Positions 19,292 to 29,441 are shown, counted from the first letter of the stretch. The stretch is DNA of 64,000 nucleotides from an uncultured Gemmatimonadaceae bacterium (GCA_963781585.1 CAWAGQ010000007.1:386253-450252), one strand, 5' to 3'. The notes: generated by a model not told the origin, from the letters alone. Program-made: numbers and translations.

Positions 19292-21223
19292 ATGCAACGT
19301 CTCACGTGGTACCGGGTCCTGGCCGTCGGCGCATTGGTAGCGCCGATGACCGGGCGTGCGCAGGGTCCCAGGTCGCCCGTTCCGCCGGCGAAGGTTCGCG
19401 AGCTCGCGACCATTGAAGGGGATGTTAGCGGATTTGTCCGGCTGCCGAGCGGACGCGCTCTCATCTACAGCGTCGGCGACAGCACCTTCGCGTACGACGT
19501 GGCCACGAAACACCGCACGCTGCTCGGGACCGACATGTCCCCTAATTCGGTGTCGCCACAAGGCGATCGATTTGCCTTCAGCCGATCCGCCGAGGATCAC
19601 ACGGGTGCATTCCTGTGGACGATGCCGATCGATCCCGGAACCGGTATCGCGACCGGTCCGGCGCACCGGGTGAGCCTCCGGCCCACCGATCGCGAGCGCG
19701 CGAGGTTCTCGCCGGACGGCACCTTGCTCGCCTTCAATGCCGGGCCTCGACCGGATGGCACGTGGGATGTCAGTCTTGTTCCCGCGACGGGTGGGGCTGA
19801 GCGCATTGTCGCGAATTGCCCCGGACCGATGAACGTCGGCTGGAGCGCCGATGGACAATCGCTGTTCATGGAAGGAGGCTCACCCCACGTCCCGATCGAC
19901 CGGGTCCCGATAGCTGGCGGGGCGCGCGAATCCCTCTTCCCCTATACGCCGGTCACGGTCCGATGGGTCGTGGGCCTCTCGCCCGACGCCCGGATCGCCC
20001 TGTTCCAGCACAATCCAGACGGCTTCTATTACCGGACCGCCTCCGGCACGGAAGGAGAGATCCCCGTCGCCCTGCCACCGCTCGACGATGGATGGGGACT
20101 CGACTTCAGTCTCCAGTCGATGCGATACGCCACGATGACCGTGGATCATCACTCGGCGGTACGCATCGTGGACCTGGCCACCGGCCAGGCGCACGACCTG
20201 GTGCCGGGGAATGTGCCCACCAGCGCCCCTGCCTGGTCGCCGGACGGGCGTCGGATTGCGGCGCTGATCGGCAACCTGTCGCACTACGAGATCGCGATCA
20301 TGAACGCGGACGGCTCGGGGCTGCGTCGCTATCCGCTGCCGAAGCAACTGGACGGTTGGGGAGACCCGTGGAAACAGCCGTGGTCACCCGATGGACGCTT
20401 TCTGGCATTTCGGGCCCGCGACCGTCGCAAAGTCGGGTGGCAGGACCTCGAGAGCCAGCTGGTGGTCCTCGATGTCAACACGGGTACGATTCGCGTGCTC
20501 GCGAGCGTATCCCCGGGTAGGATCGGGGGTTTCGTGTGGCGATCGGACGGAAAAGCCATCAGGGCGATCGAGTACGTGAGCGACGCACGGACGCGGCAGA
20601 ATCGTCCGAGCATCGTCGAGATTGGTGTCGACGGCGCCACGCGGCGGCTGCGCGATATCGCTGCCGAATTCCCTGAGCTGCGAGGGGTGGAATTCACCTC
20701 CGATCGCGAGGTAGTTGTCGGCGTGGCGGCTGACCAGAAGATTCAGCGGTTCCTCGTGTCCGTCGACGGCGGCACGGCGCGGCCCCTGCCGGATGTCGCT
20801 ACCGAGCCCGGCCTGAACAGTGGTGAGGGCGTCGGGCAGGTAATCGGAGGGCCCTGGGTCGTTCTCCCGAGACGAGATGCTCGGGGCGATTGGCCGGCCC
20901 TGACATTTCTGTCCACCAGGGGCGACTCTACCGTGACCATGCGGCTGCCGTTCGGGAGCCTCGGCGGCGCTGCGCTCCCGAATGGCACGTACCTCATCGT
21001 CGGCCATACAACGAAGGGGGACAGGCAGTGGAGGCTCTACGTCGTAGGACTCGATGGTAGCACGCCGCGTCTGATCGGAGACGCTCCCGCGGAGTGGGAT
21101 ACCAAGTCATTGGCTCCGTCGCCCGATGGCAAGCTGCTCGCTTACACGTCGGAGGGTCGCTACACGTCCAAGATCTTCGAGATCGACTTCGCCCCGTCGC
21201 TTCAGGCACTCATGAAGCCCTGA
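19292..21223 (+). CDS. PD40-like beta-propeller repeat protein, secreted
   Basis: An internal ATG at 19292 gives the signal peptide MQRLTWYRVLAVGALVAPMTGRAQG. SPDG repeats are present (FSPDGTLLAF, WSPDGRRIAAL, WSPDGRFLAF, PSPDGKLLAY). Confidence 0.8.
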   Translation: MQRLTWYRVLAVGALVAPMTGRAQGPRSPVPPAKVRELATIEGDVSGFVRLPSGRALIYSVGDSTFAYDVATKHRTLLGTDMSPNSVSPQGDRFAFSRSAEDHTGAFLWTMPIDPGTGIATGPAHRVSLRPTDRERARFSPDGTLLAFNAGPRPDGTWDVSLVPATGGAERIVANCPGPMNVGWSADGQSLFMEGGSPHVPIDRVPIAGGARESLFPYTPVTVRWVVGLSPDARIALFQHNPDGFYYRTASGTEGEIPVALPPLDDGWGLDFSLQSMRYATMTVDHHSAVRIVDLATGQAHDLVPGNVPTSAPAWSPDGRRIAALIGNLSHYEIAIMNADGSGLRRYPLPKQLDGWGDPWKQPWSPDGRFLAFRARDRRKVGWQDLESQLVVLDVNTGTIRVLASVSPGRIGGFVWRSDGKAIRAIEYVSDARTRQNRPSIVEIGVDGATRRLRDIAAEFPELRGVEFTSDREVVVGVAADQKIQRFLVSVDGGTARPLPDVATEPGLNSGEGVGQVIGGPWVVLPRRDARGDWPALTFLSTRGDSTVTMRLPFGSLGGAALPNGTYLIVGHTTKGDRQWRLYVVGLDGSTPRLIGDAPAEWDTKSLAPSPDGKLLAYTSEGRYTSKIFEIDFAPSLQALMKP

Positions 21224-22548
21224 TGACACGACGCGTCCTGATCGTCGACGACGATCCGGCCATTCGTACCTCGCTCGCAGAGGCGCTCTCGGACGACGGC
21301 ATCACGGTTACCGTCGCCGAGAGCGGCGAGCGGGCGCTCGCGGTGTTCGAGCAGGCGGCACCAGACGTTGTGCTGTCCGACGTCCGCATGCCGGACCTCG
21401 ACGGCTTGGCACTTCTCCACACGCTATGTGAACGCGCGCCTTCGGTCGACATCATCCTCATGACCGCGTTCGACGACATGCCCACGGTTGTCGCCGCGAT
21501 GCGTGGCGGCGCCGTGGAATTCCTGGTCAAGCCGCTTAACCTCCGCCAGCTGCGCCGTGTCGTCGATCGCGCGTTCGACGACCGGCGTTCCCGGCGGACT
21601 GCCGAGCCGGCCGAAGCGATCACCGATGACCACCTCGGCGAGTTGGTCGGACGCGACCCACAGATGATCGCGGTTTACAAACTCGTCGGACAGGCAGCAG
21701 CCACCAGGGCGACGGTGCTGGTACGGGGAGAGAGCGGTACCGGCAAGGAGCTGGTCGCACGCGCCATCCACGCGAACTCGAGGGCGGCAGCAGAGCCGTT
21801 CGTGCCGGTGAACTGCGCTGCGTTGCCGAACACACTGCTCGAGTCGGAGCTGTTCGGCCACGTGCGCGGTGCGTTCACCGGCGCCCACGAAACACGTCGT
21901 GGCCGATTCGCGCTGGCCGGCAAGGGCACCATCTTCCTCGACGAGATCGGCGATACCACGATCGACTTCCAGAGTAAGCTGCTGCGGGTTATTCAGGATC
22001 GCGAGTTCCAGCCGGTCGGCGCCGAGCGGCCCGAGCGCACCGAAGCGCGCGTGATCGCAGCCACCCACCAGGATCTCGAGCAGATGCTGGCGGACCACCG
22101 CTTCCGCGAGGACCTCTACTACCGGATGCGGGTGGTGGAGATCGTCATCCCACCGCTGCGCGAGCGCCCGGACGACATTCCGCTCCTGGCACATCGCATG
22201 GTGCAGCGCGCCAGCCGCTCGCTGGAGACCGCTGACGCGATTCTCTCCGAAGAGGCACTCGACCGGTTGGTCCGGCACTCGTGGCCCGGCAACGTGCGGG
22301 AACTGGAGAACTGCGTCATGCGCTCGGTGGTGATTGCCTCGGGAAGCGTAATCCGACCCGAACACCTGTCCATCGCCAGTCCGCGCCAGGCACAGCAAGC
22401 TCCCCTTTCCTCGCTTGAGAATGTGGAGCGTGAGCACGTAGTCCGCATTCTCGAGGCAACCGATGGTCAGAAAGGCCGCGCCGCGGAGATTCTCGGCGTA
22501 TCACGACCGCGGCTCAACCGCCTCCTCGAGAAGTACGGAATCGAATAG
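21223..22548 (+). CDS. Sigma-54-dependent response regulator (NtrC family)
   Basis: Start MTRRVLIVDDD overlaps the previous stop (TGATG). It has a receiver domain, an AAA+ domain with GESGTGKE and GAFTGA, and a C-terminal Fis-type HTH (AAEILGVSRPRLNRLL). Confidence 0.92.
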   Translation: MTRRVLIVDDDPAIRTSLAEALSDDGITVTVAESGERALAVFEQAAPDVVLSDVRMPDLDGLALLHTLCERAPSVDIILMTAFDDMPTVVAAMRGGAVEFLVKPLNLRQLRRVVDRAFDDRRSRRTAEPAEAITDDHLGELVGRDPQMIAVYKLVGQAAATRATVLVRGESGTGKELVARAIHANSRAAAEPFVPVNCAALPNTLLESELFGHVRGAFTGAHETRRGRFALAGKGTIFLDEIGDTTIDFQSKLLRVIQDREFQPVGAERPERTEARVIAATHQDLEQMLADHRFREDLYYRMRVVEIVIPPLRERPDDIPLLAHRMVQRASRSLETADAILSEEALDRLVRHSWPGNVRELENCVMRSVVIASGSVIRPEHLSIASPRQAQQAPLSSLENVEREHVVRILEATDGQKGRAAEILGVSRPRLNRLLEKYGIE

Positions 22549-24225
22549 GTGGCCTCATCACCTGGGCACCCGGCGTCCATTCGAGCACACCTCCTCGGCA
22601 TCATCCTGATCGGGGCGATCCTTCCGCTCGCACTGACCGGCTTCTGGTTGACGCGGAGCGGGGTTCGGTCGGGGGAGACGCTGCTCGACGATCAACTCGC
22701 CACCTCGCTGGTGAACGTCAAGCACGCGATCACCGCCCGCTGGGAGTATCGCCGCAGCGACCTGCTGCTCCTGGCCGACAACGAAGACGCCCGTCGGGCG
22801 CTTTCTTCCGGTCTTGTCACGTCCAGTGAAGCGGAATACTTCGCGCGACTCCAATCGTCCATCGCGCACGGCATCGCGCGGTTCATCTATCGCGATCGTG
22901 CCGGACGGGACCTCTACACTTCGGTGCGGCCCGCGTCGACGCGCGGTGTGACGAGTGACAGCTCCGGCGCGCGTGCCGCGCGTGACACTTCCACGGGCAT
23001 GCCTCGCCAGACAGTGCACATGAATCTCCCGGTTCGGGACGGGGAGACTCTCGTCGGTACCGTGGAGGCCGAGGTGTACCTGGATACCGTCGTCCCGTCT
23101 GACTCCGCCCGGCTACTCCTGCCTGGTTCGGCGCTGGCGGTCCGTGATCATGCGACCGGAGCCGTCCTGCTTCCCCTGGTTGGAGAGGTGGGGTTTCCGG
23201 GAGCGCATCGAGTTGCCGTCAACGGCGCGTCATGGATGATGCGGGTCGACAGTCTGGCAGATCCTGCGTTCGACCTGGCGGTCGGGGCGCCGCTGGCGCC
23301 GTACGTAACCCCGTTCGAGAAGGCCGGGCGAATCGGGCTGGCCGTACTGTTCGCGGTAGCGTTCCTTGCGTTGCTGTTGAGCAGCGCTCTCACGGATCGC
23401 CTGGCCCGCTCGTCCGGTGCGCTCGTGGACGCCGCCAACGCGGTTGCCGGCGGAGATCTTACGCGCCAGGCAGAGCTGACGGGCCCCAGAGAGTTTCATC
23501 GACTGGCGGGATCGTTCAACACGATGACCGAAAGTCTTCGCCGCCTGGTGGCGGAGCTGTCGCAGCGCCGGGCCCTCGCGGCGGTGGGCGAGTTCGCTGC
23601 CTCGCTTTCGCACGAGGTCCGCAACGCGCTGACGTCGGTCCAGATCGATCTGGAGCGGGTCGATGAGCGAACCGAAGACGCGAAGAATCGCGACCTGGTC
23701 GCGAGGGCGCTCGTGCACGTGCGACGACTCGACGCGGCCGTGACCGGCTCGCTGCGCATCGCGCGGAGCGGCAACCTCACGGCGCAGAAAGTGAACCTGC
23801 GCGACGTGCTGCGTGAGGCGATCCGGATCGCGGAGCCGAGCTTCACGAGCAGCTCCACGCGCCTGACGACGAACGGGTGCGATCCGGATTTCACCGTCCG
23901 CGGGGATCCAGATGCCCTGCATCAGTTGTTCCTGAATCTGCTGCTCAACGCCCAACAGGCGCTGTCCCCCGGTGGCGAGACAACCGTATCGGCTCGGACG
24001 GCCGGCGACCGGGTCGTGGTGTCGATAGCCGACTCCGGGTCCGGCATGAACAGCGAGCAGGTCGCCCGGGCCTTTGATCCCTACTACAGCACGCGCCCCA
24101 AGGGCACAGGACTGGGCTTACCGATCGCGCTTCGGATTGCGGCCGCTCATGGTGGAGAATTGACCCTCCACAGCGCGCCGGGAATTGGAACCACGGTCGA
24201 GGTGTCCCTTCCGGCCACCTCGTAG
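22549..24225 (+). CDS. Sensor histidine kinase with HAMP domain
   Basis: GTG start 1 nt after the regulator stop. It has two TM segments, a HAMP-like linker, an H-box FAASLSHEVRNAL and a HATPase region (DSGSGM..GTGLGLPIA). Confidence 0.9.
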   Translation: MASSPGHPASIRAHLLGIILIGAILPLALTGFWLTRSGVRSGETLLDDQLATSLVNVKHAITARWEYRRSDLLLLADNEDARRALSSGLVTSSEAEYFARLQSSIAHGIARFIYRDRAGRDLYTSVRPASTRGVTSDSSGARAARDTSTGMPRQTVHMNLPVRDGETLVGTVEAEVYLDTVVPSDSARLLLPGSALAVRDHATGAVLLPLVGEVGFPGAHRVAVNGASWMMRVDSLADPAFDLAVGAPLAPYVTPFEKAGRIGLAVLFAVAFLALLLSSALTDRLARSSGALVDAANAVAGGDLTRQAELTGPREFHRLAGSFNTMTESLRRLVAELSQRRALAAVGEFAASLSHEVRNALTSVQIDLERVDERTEDAKNRDLVARALVHVRRLDAAVTGSLRIARSGNLTAQKVNLRDVLREAIRIAEPSFTSSSTRLTTNGCDPDFTVRGDPDALHQLFLNLLLNAQQALSPGGETTVSARTAGDRVVVSIADSGSGMNSEQVARAFDPYYSTRPKGTGLGLPIALRIAAAHGGELTLHSAPGIGTTVEVSLPATS

Positions 24226-24277
24226 CGCCTTATGCAGGAGGCCGAACGCGAGGAGACGCAGGCGGTGTTGCTCGAGA

Positions 24278-24410
24278 TTAGATGCTCCGCGCCTTGGCCA
24301 GTTGCGTGATGCGGTCGGCGGCGCGGACGGCCAGCGCCTGAATGGTCATCGTTGACGCAGTGCCAGACGTAACGCGGCGGCCGCCGTCGTTACACCTCAG
24401 CTCGGGGGGT
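24278..24410 (-). pseudogene. C-terminal remnant of a GMC-type oxidoreductase
   Basis: The tail of antisense track ORF 24278..25324 reads ..LRCNDGGRRVTSGTASTMTIQALAVRAADRITQLAKARSI*. This resembles the conserved GMC C-terminus (D.S..P.....N...TI.ALA.R.AD.I). No upstream body exists. Confidence 0.35.
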
Positions 24411-24523
24411 TCCTGATTCGGCTGGCGAGCTGCCGAAATTCCTCCCGGCACCTCGATGCGCGCACTGTCACAGATTGGAATCCTTGAGCGTTCCTTGGCT
24501 ACCCGTCCGCCGAGGCATCCCCG

Positions 24524-26256
24524 ATGGCAGCACCCCGACAGGTGGTCGCGACCCTCACGGGGCTGATCGTCTGTGTCACGGCCACGGCGGCTGCTGCGCA
24601 GCAGATCGGGCGCACATCTGCCGACACCGCGGGTACTGCGCGCATCGCGGGGGAGGTCGTCGACGCCACGTCTGGCGGCCCGGTATCCCAGGTGCAGGTG
24701 ATTCTCCGGGGAACTCCGCTCCGGACCTACACGGATCTCAAGGGGGCCTTCCTGTTTCGGCCTGTGGCGCCTGGGCGCTACGCCGTCGAAGCACGACGTA
24801 TCGGCGATGAGCCCGCAATTCGCGAAGACATTCTGGTCGCTGCGGGAGAGAGCACGACGGTCGCCCTCACCATGCGGCCGTCCGCCTTCCGGCTCGACGC
24901 GCTCACGGTCGTTCCAGGTGCGTTCTCCTTTTTCGATGCCGGACCCACGCGCAGCCAGACGATGTCGCGGGCCGACATCGAAATGGCGCCATTCGGCGAG
25001 GATCTCTTTCGCGCGCTCGATCGATTGCCCGGACTTGCCTCCGGCGACTATGGGGCGCAGTTCTCCATTCGGGGCGGCCGGCGCGACGAGACCCTCATTC
25101 TCCTCGATGGTCTCGAAATCTACGAACCCTTTCACCTGAAAGACTTTGACGAAGGCGCCCTGAGTATCATCGACGTCGAAGCGATTGACGTGGTGGAATT
25201 GCTCACAGGCGGCTTCCCCGCACGCTACGGAGACAAACGTAGCGGCGTGATGAACATCTCGTCGAGAGCGCCACGCGAAGACGGTACCCACCTCACGTTC
25301 GGGGCGAGCTTCAGCAATGCGCACGCCCTGGGGGAGGGCACCTTCGCCAACCGCAAGGGGTCCTGGCTTCTCTCAGGCCGCCGCGGCTTCGTCGACCTGC
25401 TCCTCCGCCTCATCAACAAGAAGGAAACGCAGGCGCCCTCGTAGGGGGACGTCTTCGGCACGGTGCGCTACCGGATTCATCCGAAACACGCCCTGGCGTT
25501 GAACGTGCTCCACGCCAGCGACCGGTACCGTTTCAGCGTCAACAGTACCACCGGGTTCAACGACACCATTCCTACCGCAAGGCCGGCTCGCGATTGCGGC
25601 CCATTCTCCGGAACTGGAAGGGCGGACTGAACGTCTTCCCCGAATCGGCAGAGGATCGCATTCTCGTGTATCCTGACTCGTCGACGTCGAAGGGTGTGGA
25701 GCTCTACTACGAGGGCCGCATCGGCGACAGGGTCAAGCTGCGAGCTGGATACGCGCTGTCGTTCGTGGAAGAGCACGTGACTGGTGTGGTCGCGGTGAAC
25801 GACCCGCTGAAGCCACTCGTGGACTCGACACATCCAGCGCCGGAAGATCAGCGGCACGCCCTCAATCTGGACGTGATCTACCGCGCCTCAGCGAACTGGA
25901 CGATCACCGGGGCCTTCACCTTTCACAGCGGCCGGCCGTTCACGGATGAATACGGGGTGCCCGTCCGGAAGCGAAATGGCATGATGGACCTCTCGGTGAG
26001 GCCTGACACGCTCTACGGAGGTCGCCTTCCGTCGTATCAACGAGTCGACCTTCGTGTGACGCGGCGCAGGCAGTCCCAGAACGGGGATTTTCGCTTCTTC
26101 TTCGAGGTGATCAACGTGGCGAATCATGCAAACGTGCTGGGCTACGATGTGTTCACAGTTCGCGACGCAAGCGGGACGATTCGCCTGCAACGAGACACCG
26201 AAACCTGGTTCTCGATTCTGCCGTCACTCGGAGTGAGCTGGAGCAGGCGATTCTAG
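24524..26256 (+). pseudogene. Disrupted TonB-dependent receptor (in-frame TAG, frameshift, probable large internal deletion)
   Basis: ORF 24524..25444 has a signal peptide, a CarboxypepD_reg-like domain and a plug (DLFRALDRLPGL..FSIRGG). After the TAG at 25442-25444 the same frame continues with receptor-like GDVFGTVRYRIHPKHALALNVLHASDRYRF. ORF 25594..26256, in another frame, carries the C-terminal strands ending in ..GVSWSRRF. The total span of about 577 codons is far shorter than such receptors. Confidence 0.6.
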
Positions 26257-26292
26257 ATTCCGCCAATGCAACCCGTGGCCGAGACCCCCCGG

Positions 26293-27075
26293 TCAGCGGA
26301 TCCAGATGGTCACGCCGGGACGGATCTGCAGCGCTGCATTGTTGTCGTAGCTGACACCGAACGAAATCCGCGCTGTGCGGCCGAAGTACCGCGCCAGCCC
26401 GAGCGATCCGACGCTCTCCGCTCCCGCTGCTTCCGGCACTGGCGCCCCGCTTCCAATCACATCACCATTCTCCCCCTCCGGTGCTGCTGCGGTGGTGGCC
26501 AGCACCTCGCCGTACAATGACACGTTTGGCGTCGCATGGAACTCCGTGGCGAGGGCGAAGCCGGTGACGTTGCGGAGGTGTACGCCGGGCGGCGATCCCA
26601 GGAGCGAGTAGCTCAGGTTTGCGTGCACGTCGAATGCACCCGCGCGTTTGCTGGCGATGAAGTACCCTGTGTAGTCGGCTCGCCCCGTGCCAATGAGGGC
26701 ATCGTGAGCTGTGGGAACCTTCACTTCGGCCGCGAAGCCGAAGGCCGGAATGCCGTGGGACTCGGCACGCAGGAGCGCGGTGAGAGTGACCTCGATATCG
26801 CCGGCCCCGCGCGCTCGCCGTCCCGACTTCGGCAGGATGGCCGTGTACGGGACCGGCTCCACCAGCGCCTCTAGCCAATCGGTCAGGCCGTATTCGATGG
26901 CGAATGGCATCGCGACCTCCCGGCCCTCGCTCGACGTCTGCAGCTCGTATCCGATGTCAACCTGGTAGTGGCGGGCGCCCAACGAAGGTGCCGTTTCCGT
27001 CTCCAGCATCTGGGCTCCAGTGCCGACCGGACAGAATGCAAGCGGCAACGCAAGCAGAAGACGGTAACCTCGCAT
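26293..27075 (-). CDS. Outer-membrane beta-barrel protein (MetA-pathway/transporter-like family)
   Basis: An internal ATG at 27075 gives the signal peptide MRGYRLLLALPLAFCPVGTGAQ. The alternating beta-strand pattern ends in ..RPGVTIWIR. The family call is from overall resemblance only. Confidence 0.6.
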   Translation of the reverse strand: MRGYRLLLALPLAFCPVGTGAQMLETETAPSLGARHYQVDIGYELQTSSEGREVAMPFAIEYGLTDWLEALVEPVPYTAILPKSGRRARGAGDIEVTLTALLRAESHGIPAFGFAAEVKVPTAHDALIGTGRADYTGYFIASKRAGAFDVHANLSYSLLGSPPGVHLRNVTGFALATEFHATPNVSLYGEVLATTAAAPEGENGDVIGSGAPVPEAAGAESVGSLGLARYFGRTARISFGVSYDNNAALQIRPGVTIWIR

Positions 27076-27188
27076 GGCGCACAACCGGTGACTGCTCGCC
27101 GAGTGCCACATGTTGTCTCCTGAGAATAGTGTCGAAGTCCGTGATGTCGCCGCGCTGTATCTCGCCGGTCCCGACGGCTGCCCGGCGC

Positions 27189-27311
27189 TCATTCGGGCTC
27201 GACGATGAGGCTACTCATGGCGAAGCGCCTCGATCGGATCCTGAGGAGTGATCGCATCTTGTTCGCGTGAAGCTCACGCAGTGCGACGCGCACGGTTTCA
27301 CCGATCAGCAT
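27189..27311 (-). pseudogene. N-terminal remnant of a MacB/FtsX-type ABC permease
   Basis: The minus-strand frame reads MLIGETVRVALRELHANKMRSLLRIRSRRFAMSSLIVEPE*. The segment ..AL..L.ANK.RS.L is the signature N-terminus of FtsX-family permeases. The expected TM helix after it is absent. Confidence 0.3.
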
Positions 27312-27401
27312 CGGGAAGTTGGCCACCGTGAGGCGACCTTCGTGGCTGCAAGGCGCGAGTCGGCGGTGTCTCGCTCGTCGGGCGCCGGATCGACGTTCGT
27401 C

Positions 27402-27791
27402 CTAGCGCGGTGGCTTCTTGGCCTTCGGCTTGGTGCCCTTTTCCTCGGCCGCTTTCTCCTTCGCTTCGGCCGCGGGCGACTCGTGCTCGACCTTGCCGAC
27501 CGGCTTGCCCGTGATCGCATCGATGTTCACCTCGTCGATGCCGGTTCGGCCCGGCGTCTTGAAGTCGAACGAGTAAATCAACTTGCCGCCTTCCTCCTCG
27601 ATTTCGGCGCTGTCCAGCTTGCCCTTCGGTACCCGGGCCTGCGCCGTGGCGATCGCGGCGTCGGAGGTCACTTTCGCCTTGGCCAGCAGCCCGGGTTTGG
27701 TCTCTTTGACCGTTACCTGCGGGGCCTGGGCCGTCAGGGGAGCAGTGAGGGTGAAGGCGAGTGAAATGAGAGTCAAGTGGAAGCGATGCAT
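27402..27791 (-). CDS. PepSY domain protein, secreted
   Basis: Signal peptide MHRFHLTLISLAFTLTAPLTAQA. PepSY-like core: AIATAQARVPKGKLDSAEIEEEGGKLIYSFDF..IDAITGKPV. The tail is lysine-rich. Confidence 0.7.
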   Translation of the reverse strand: MHRFHLTLISLAFTLTAPLTAQAPQVTVKETKPGLLAKAKVTSDAAIATAQARVPKGKLDSAEIEEEGGKLIYSFDFKTPGRTGIDEVNIDAITGKPVGKVEHESPAAEAKEKAAEEKGTKPKAKKPPR

Positions 27792-27899
27792 GTTTCTCCT
27801 TGCTGATGTCGTCGTGGTTGCGGAAATCTCGCGCGACGTTGCTGTCGCGACGATGACAGGTCCGCGTCGGCGGGCAACACGGCGCTTGACGGGGTGCCG

Positions 27900-28442
27900 T
27901 CACGATCGGGGTGTCTCGTGATCCGTGAGCACGGGCAGATACGTCACCCACGGGCCAACCGCATCCCGGTACTGCTTCGCCATCACCCGCGCCACCTGGG
28001 CGATGTGCCCCAGGTCGTGAACGACCCACGCGGCCACGAGCTGGCGGAGCGTGACCGGACCCAGTCCCGGATGCTGCCCGGGCAGGTCGAGGGTCGCGGC
28101 GGTCAGATCCCAGGACCGGAGCAGCACGAGGTTGCGCTCGCGCAGATCGGCGAACTCCGCGAGCAGCGCTTCCAGCGTGCGTCCCATGTTACGCGTCCGA
28201 TGTCGGAAGCGGTCGTAGGGCTCGAATCGCGGATCGGGCCCCTTTGCCAGGATGATCCGCGCTCGCGGAATCCAGTCGGTCTCTTCACCATCGATCAGGT
28301 GACCGACCACATCGAACGCGCTGAAGGTGTCGGGTCCCTCGGTACCCCGAGCCCACGCCGCGTCGACGCCGTCGAGAAGCGCCCGCAGAGTGGCCGGCGT
28401 CCGTGCGAGGATGTCGAGGGAGAGATCGACGCTGAATTCCAT
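27900..28442 (-). CDS. DinB family protein
   Basis: Start at MEFSVDLSLDIL (ATG 28442). It has a DinB-like His triad context (VVGHLIDGEE.., VVHDLGHIAQV). Confidence 0.8.
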   Translation of the reverse strand: MEFSVDLSLDILARTPATLRALLDGVDAAWARGTEGPDTFSAFDVVGHLIDGEETDWIPRARIILAKGPDPRFEPYDRFRHRTRNMGRTLEALLAEFADLRERNLVLLRSWDLTAATLDLPGQHPGLGPVTLRQLVAAWVVHDLGHIAQVARVMAKQYRDAVGPWVTYLPVLTDHETPRS

Positions 28443-28769
28443 GATCCTCTCGCGCTGGCCTAACGGTGAAATGCTCCGACGCCACAATCTCACCGCGGCC
28501 CCGGGCACTGATCAAGGAGCGGCAAGGTCGCGACTCGTGACGGCCGTATCCATATCAGGAATGCGATGCCGGGGTGGGATTGCCTGCTCGTGACCAACAC
28601 CACCGGCGACCCCAATTACGCCAACTGGGCACCTACAACCACCGGCGACGCGCAATGGTGGCGCCGAGGCGCTTGCGCAACCGCGGCCACGGAAACACTA
28701 CAGTGGTAGCGCCGTCGCCCGGCGGGGGGACGGGTCGGCCGGGGATCGACGTATCAGGAGGATCGACGC

Positions 28770-29408
28770 ATGTCTGACGAATTCATCTGTGACACCCGCG
28801 AAGTACGCCGCTTCATCGGCACCGTGCAGGAGATCATCGCTACTATCACCTCCTATCGCGATCGCCTGTCCGCGATTCGTCCGCACTTCAGCGCGATGCT
28901 GGCGGATTCGCGGTGGCTGCCTGAAGAATTCCGCCGCACCGTGGGGGAGGGCGGCATGGGGAAAGGCATCGCCAACTGGCTTCTTTATCGCGATACCGAA
29001 GGCACCCTCTCGCTGTCGGCCCTGGTGCTGTCGCCCGGCGTCGTCACACCGGTGCACGATCATCTGGCCTGGGGACTGGTGGGGCTCTATGCCGGCACGC
29101 AGAACGAGGAGGTCTATGAACCGGCGGCCCCGATCCGCGGGGAGGTCACGCATGCCGACCTGAGACTGGCCGCTACGAATCACCTCGAGGTCGGCTCGTT
29201 CTACGAACTGGTCCCGCCGGCGGGGGACATTCACCGCGTAGTCACCACCAGCGCCGAACCGTCCATCTCGCTACACCTGCTCGGTAACGATGTGGGATGC
29301 GTGCTGCGGCACCGGTTCGAACCCGAGACCGGCGATGTAGCGCCATTCCGCTCAGGTTATTCGAACAAGGACTGCGAGGAGGAGGGGGCGGGCGCGGCCG
29401 CGCCGTGA
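28770..29408 (+). CDS. Cysteine dioxygenase type I-like cupin
   Basis: AGGAGG lies 9 nt upstream of the ATG. The cupin motif ..SALVLSPGVVTPVHDHLAWGLVGLYAGTQNEEVY.. and later GDIHRV resemble the CDO/3-mercaptopropionate dioxygenase family. Confidence 0.7.
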   Translation: MSDEFICDTREVRRFIGTVQEIIATITSYRDRLSAIRPHFSAMLADSRWLPEEFRRTVGEGGMGKGIANWLLYRDTEGTLSLSALVLSPGVVTPVHDHLAWGLVGLYAGTQNEEVYEPAAPIRGEVTHADLRLAATNHLEVGSFYELVPPAGDIHRVVTTSAEPSISLHLLGNDVGCVLRHRFEPETGDVAPFRSGYSNKDCEEEGAGAAAP

Positions 29409-29441
29409 TCTCGCCGCCACGGTGTTCAGGGGCCCGCCGGA

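Noticed and set aside
24497-24513. Sigma-54-like element TTGGCTACCCGTCCGCC (GG-N10-GC) upstream of the TonB-dependent receptor, near the sigma-54 activator gene.
   Set aside because: It ends only about 10 nt before the start codon, leaving no room for a 5' UTR or RBS. The -12 region (CCGC) is a poor match to TTGC.
29309-29325. GGTTCGAACC, reminiscent of a tRNA T-arm.
   Set aside because: It lies inside the cupin/CDO-like coding frame, and no acceptor or anticodon arms surround it.
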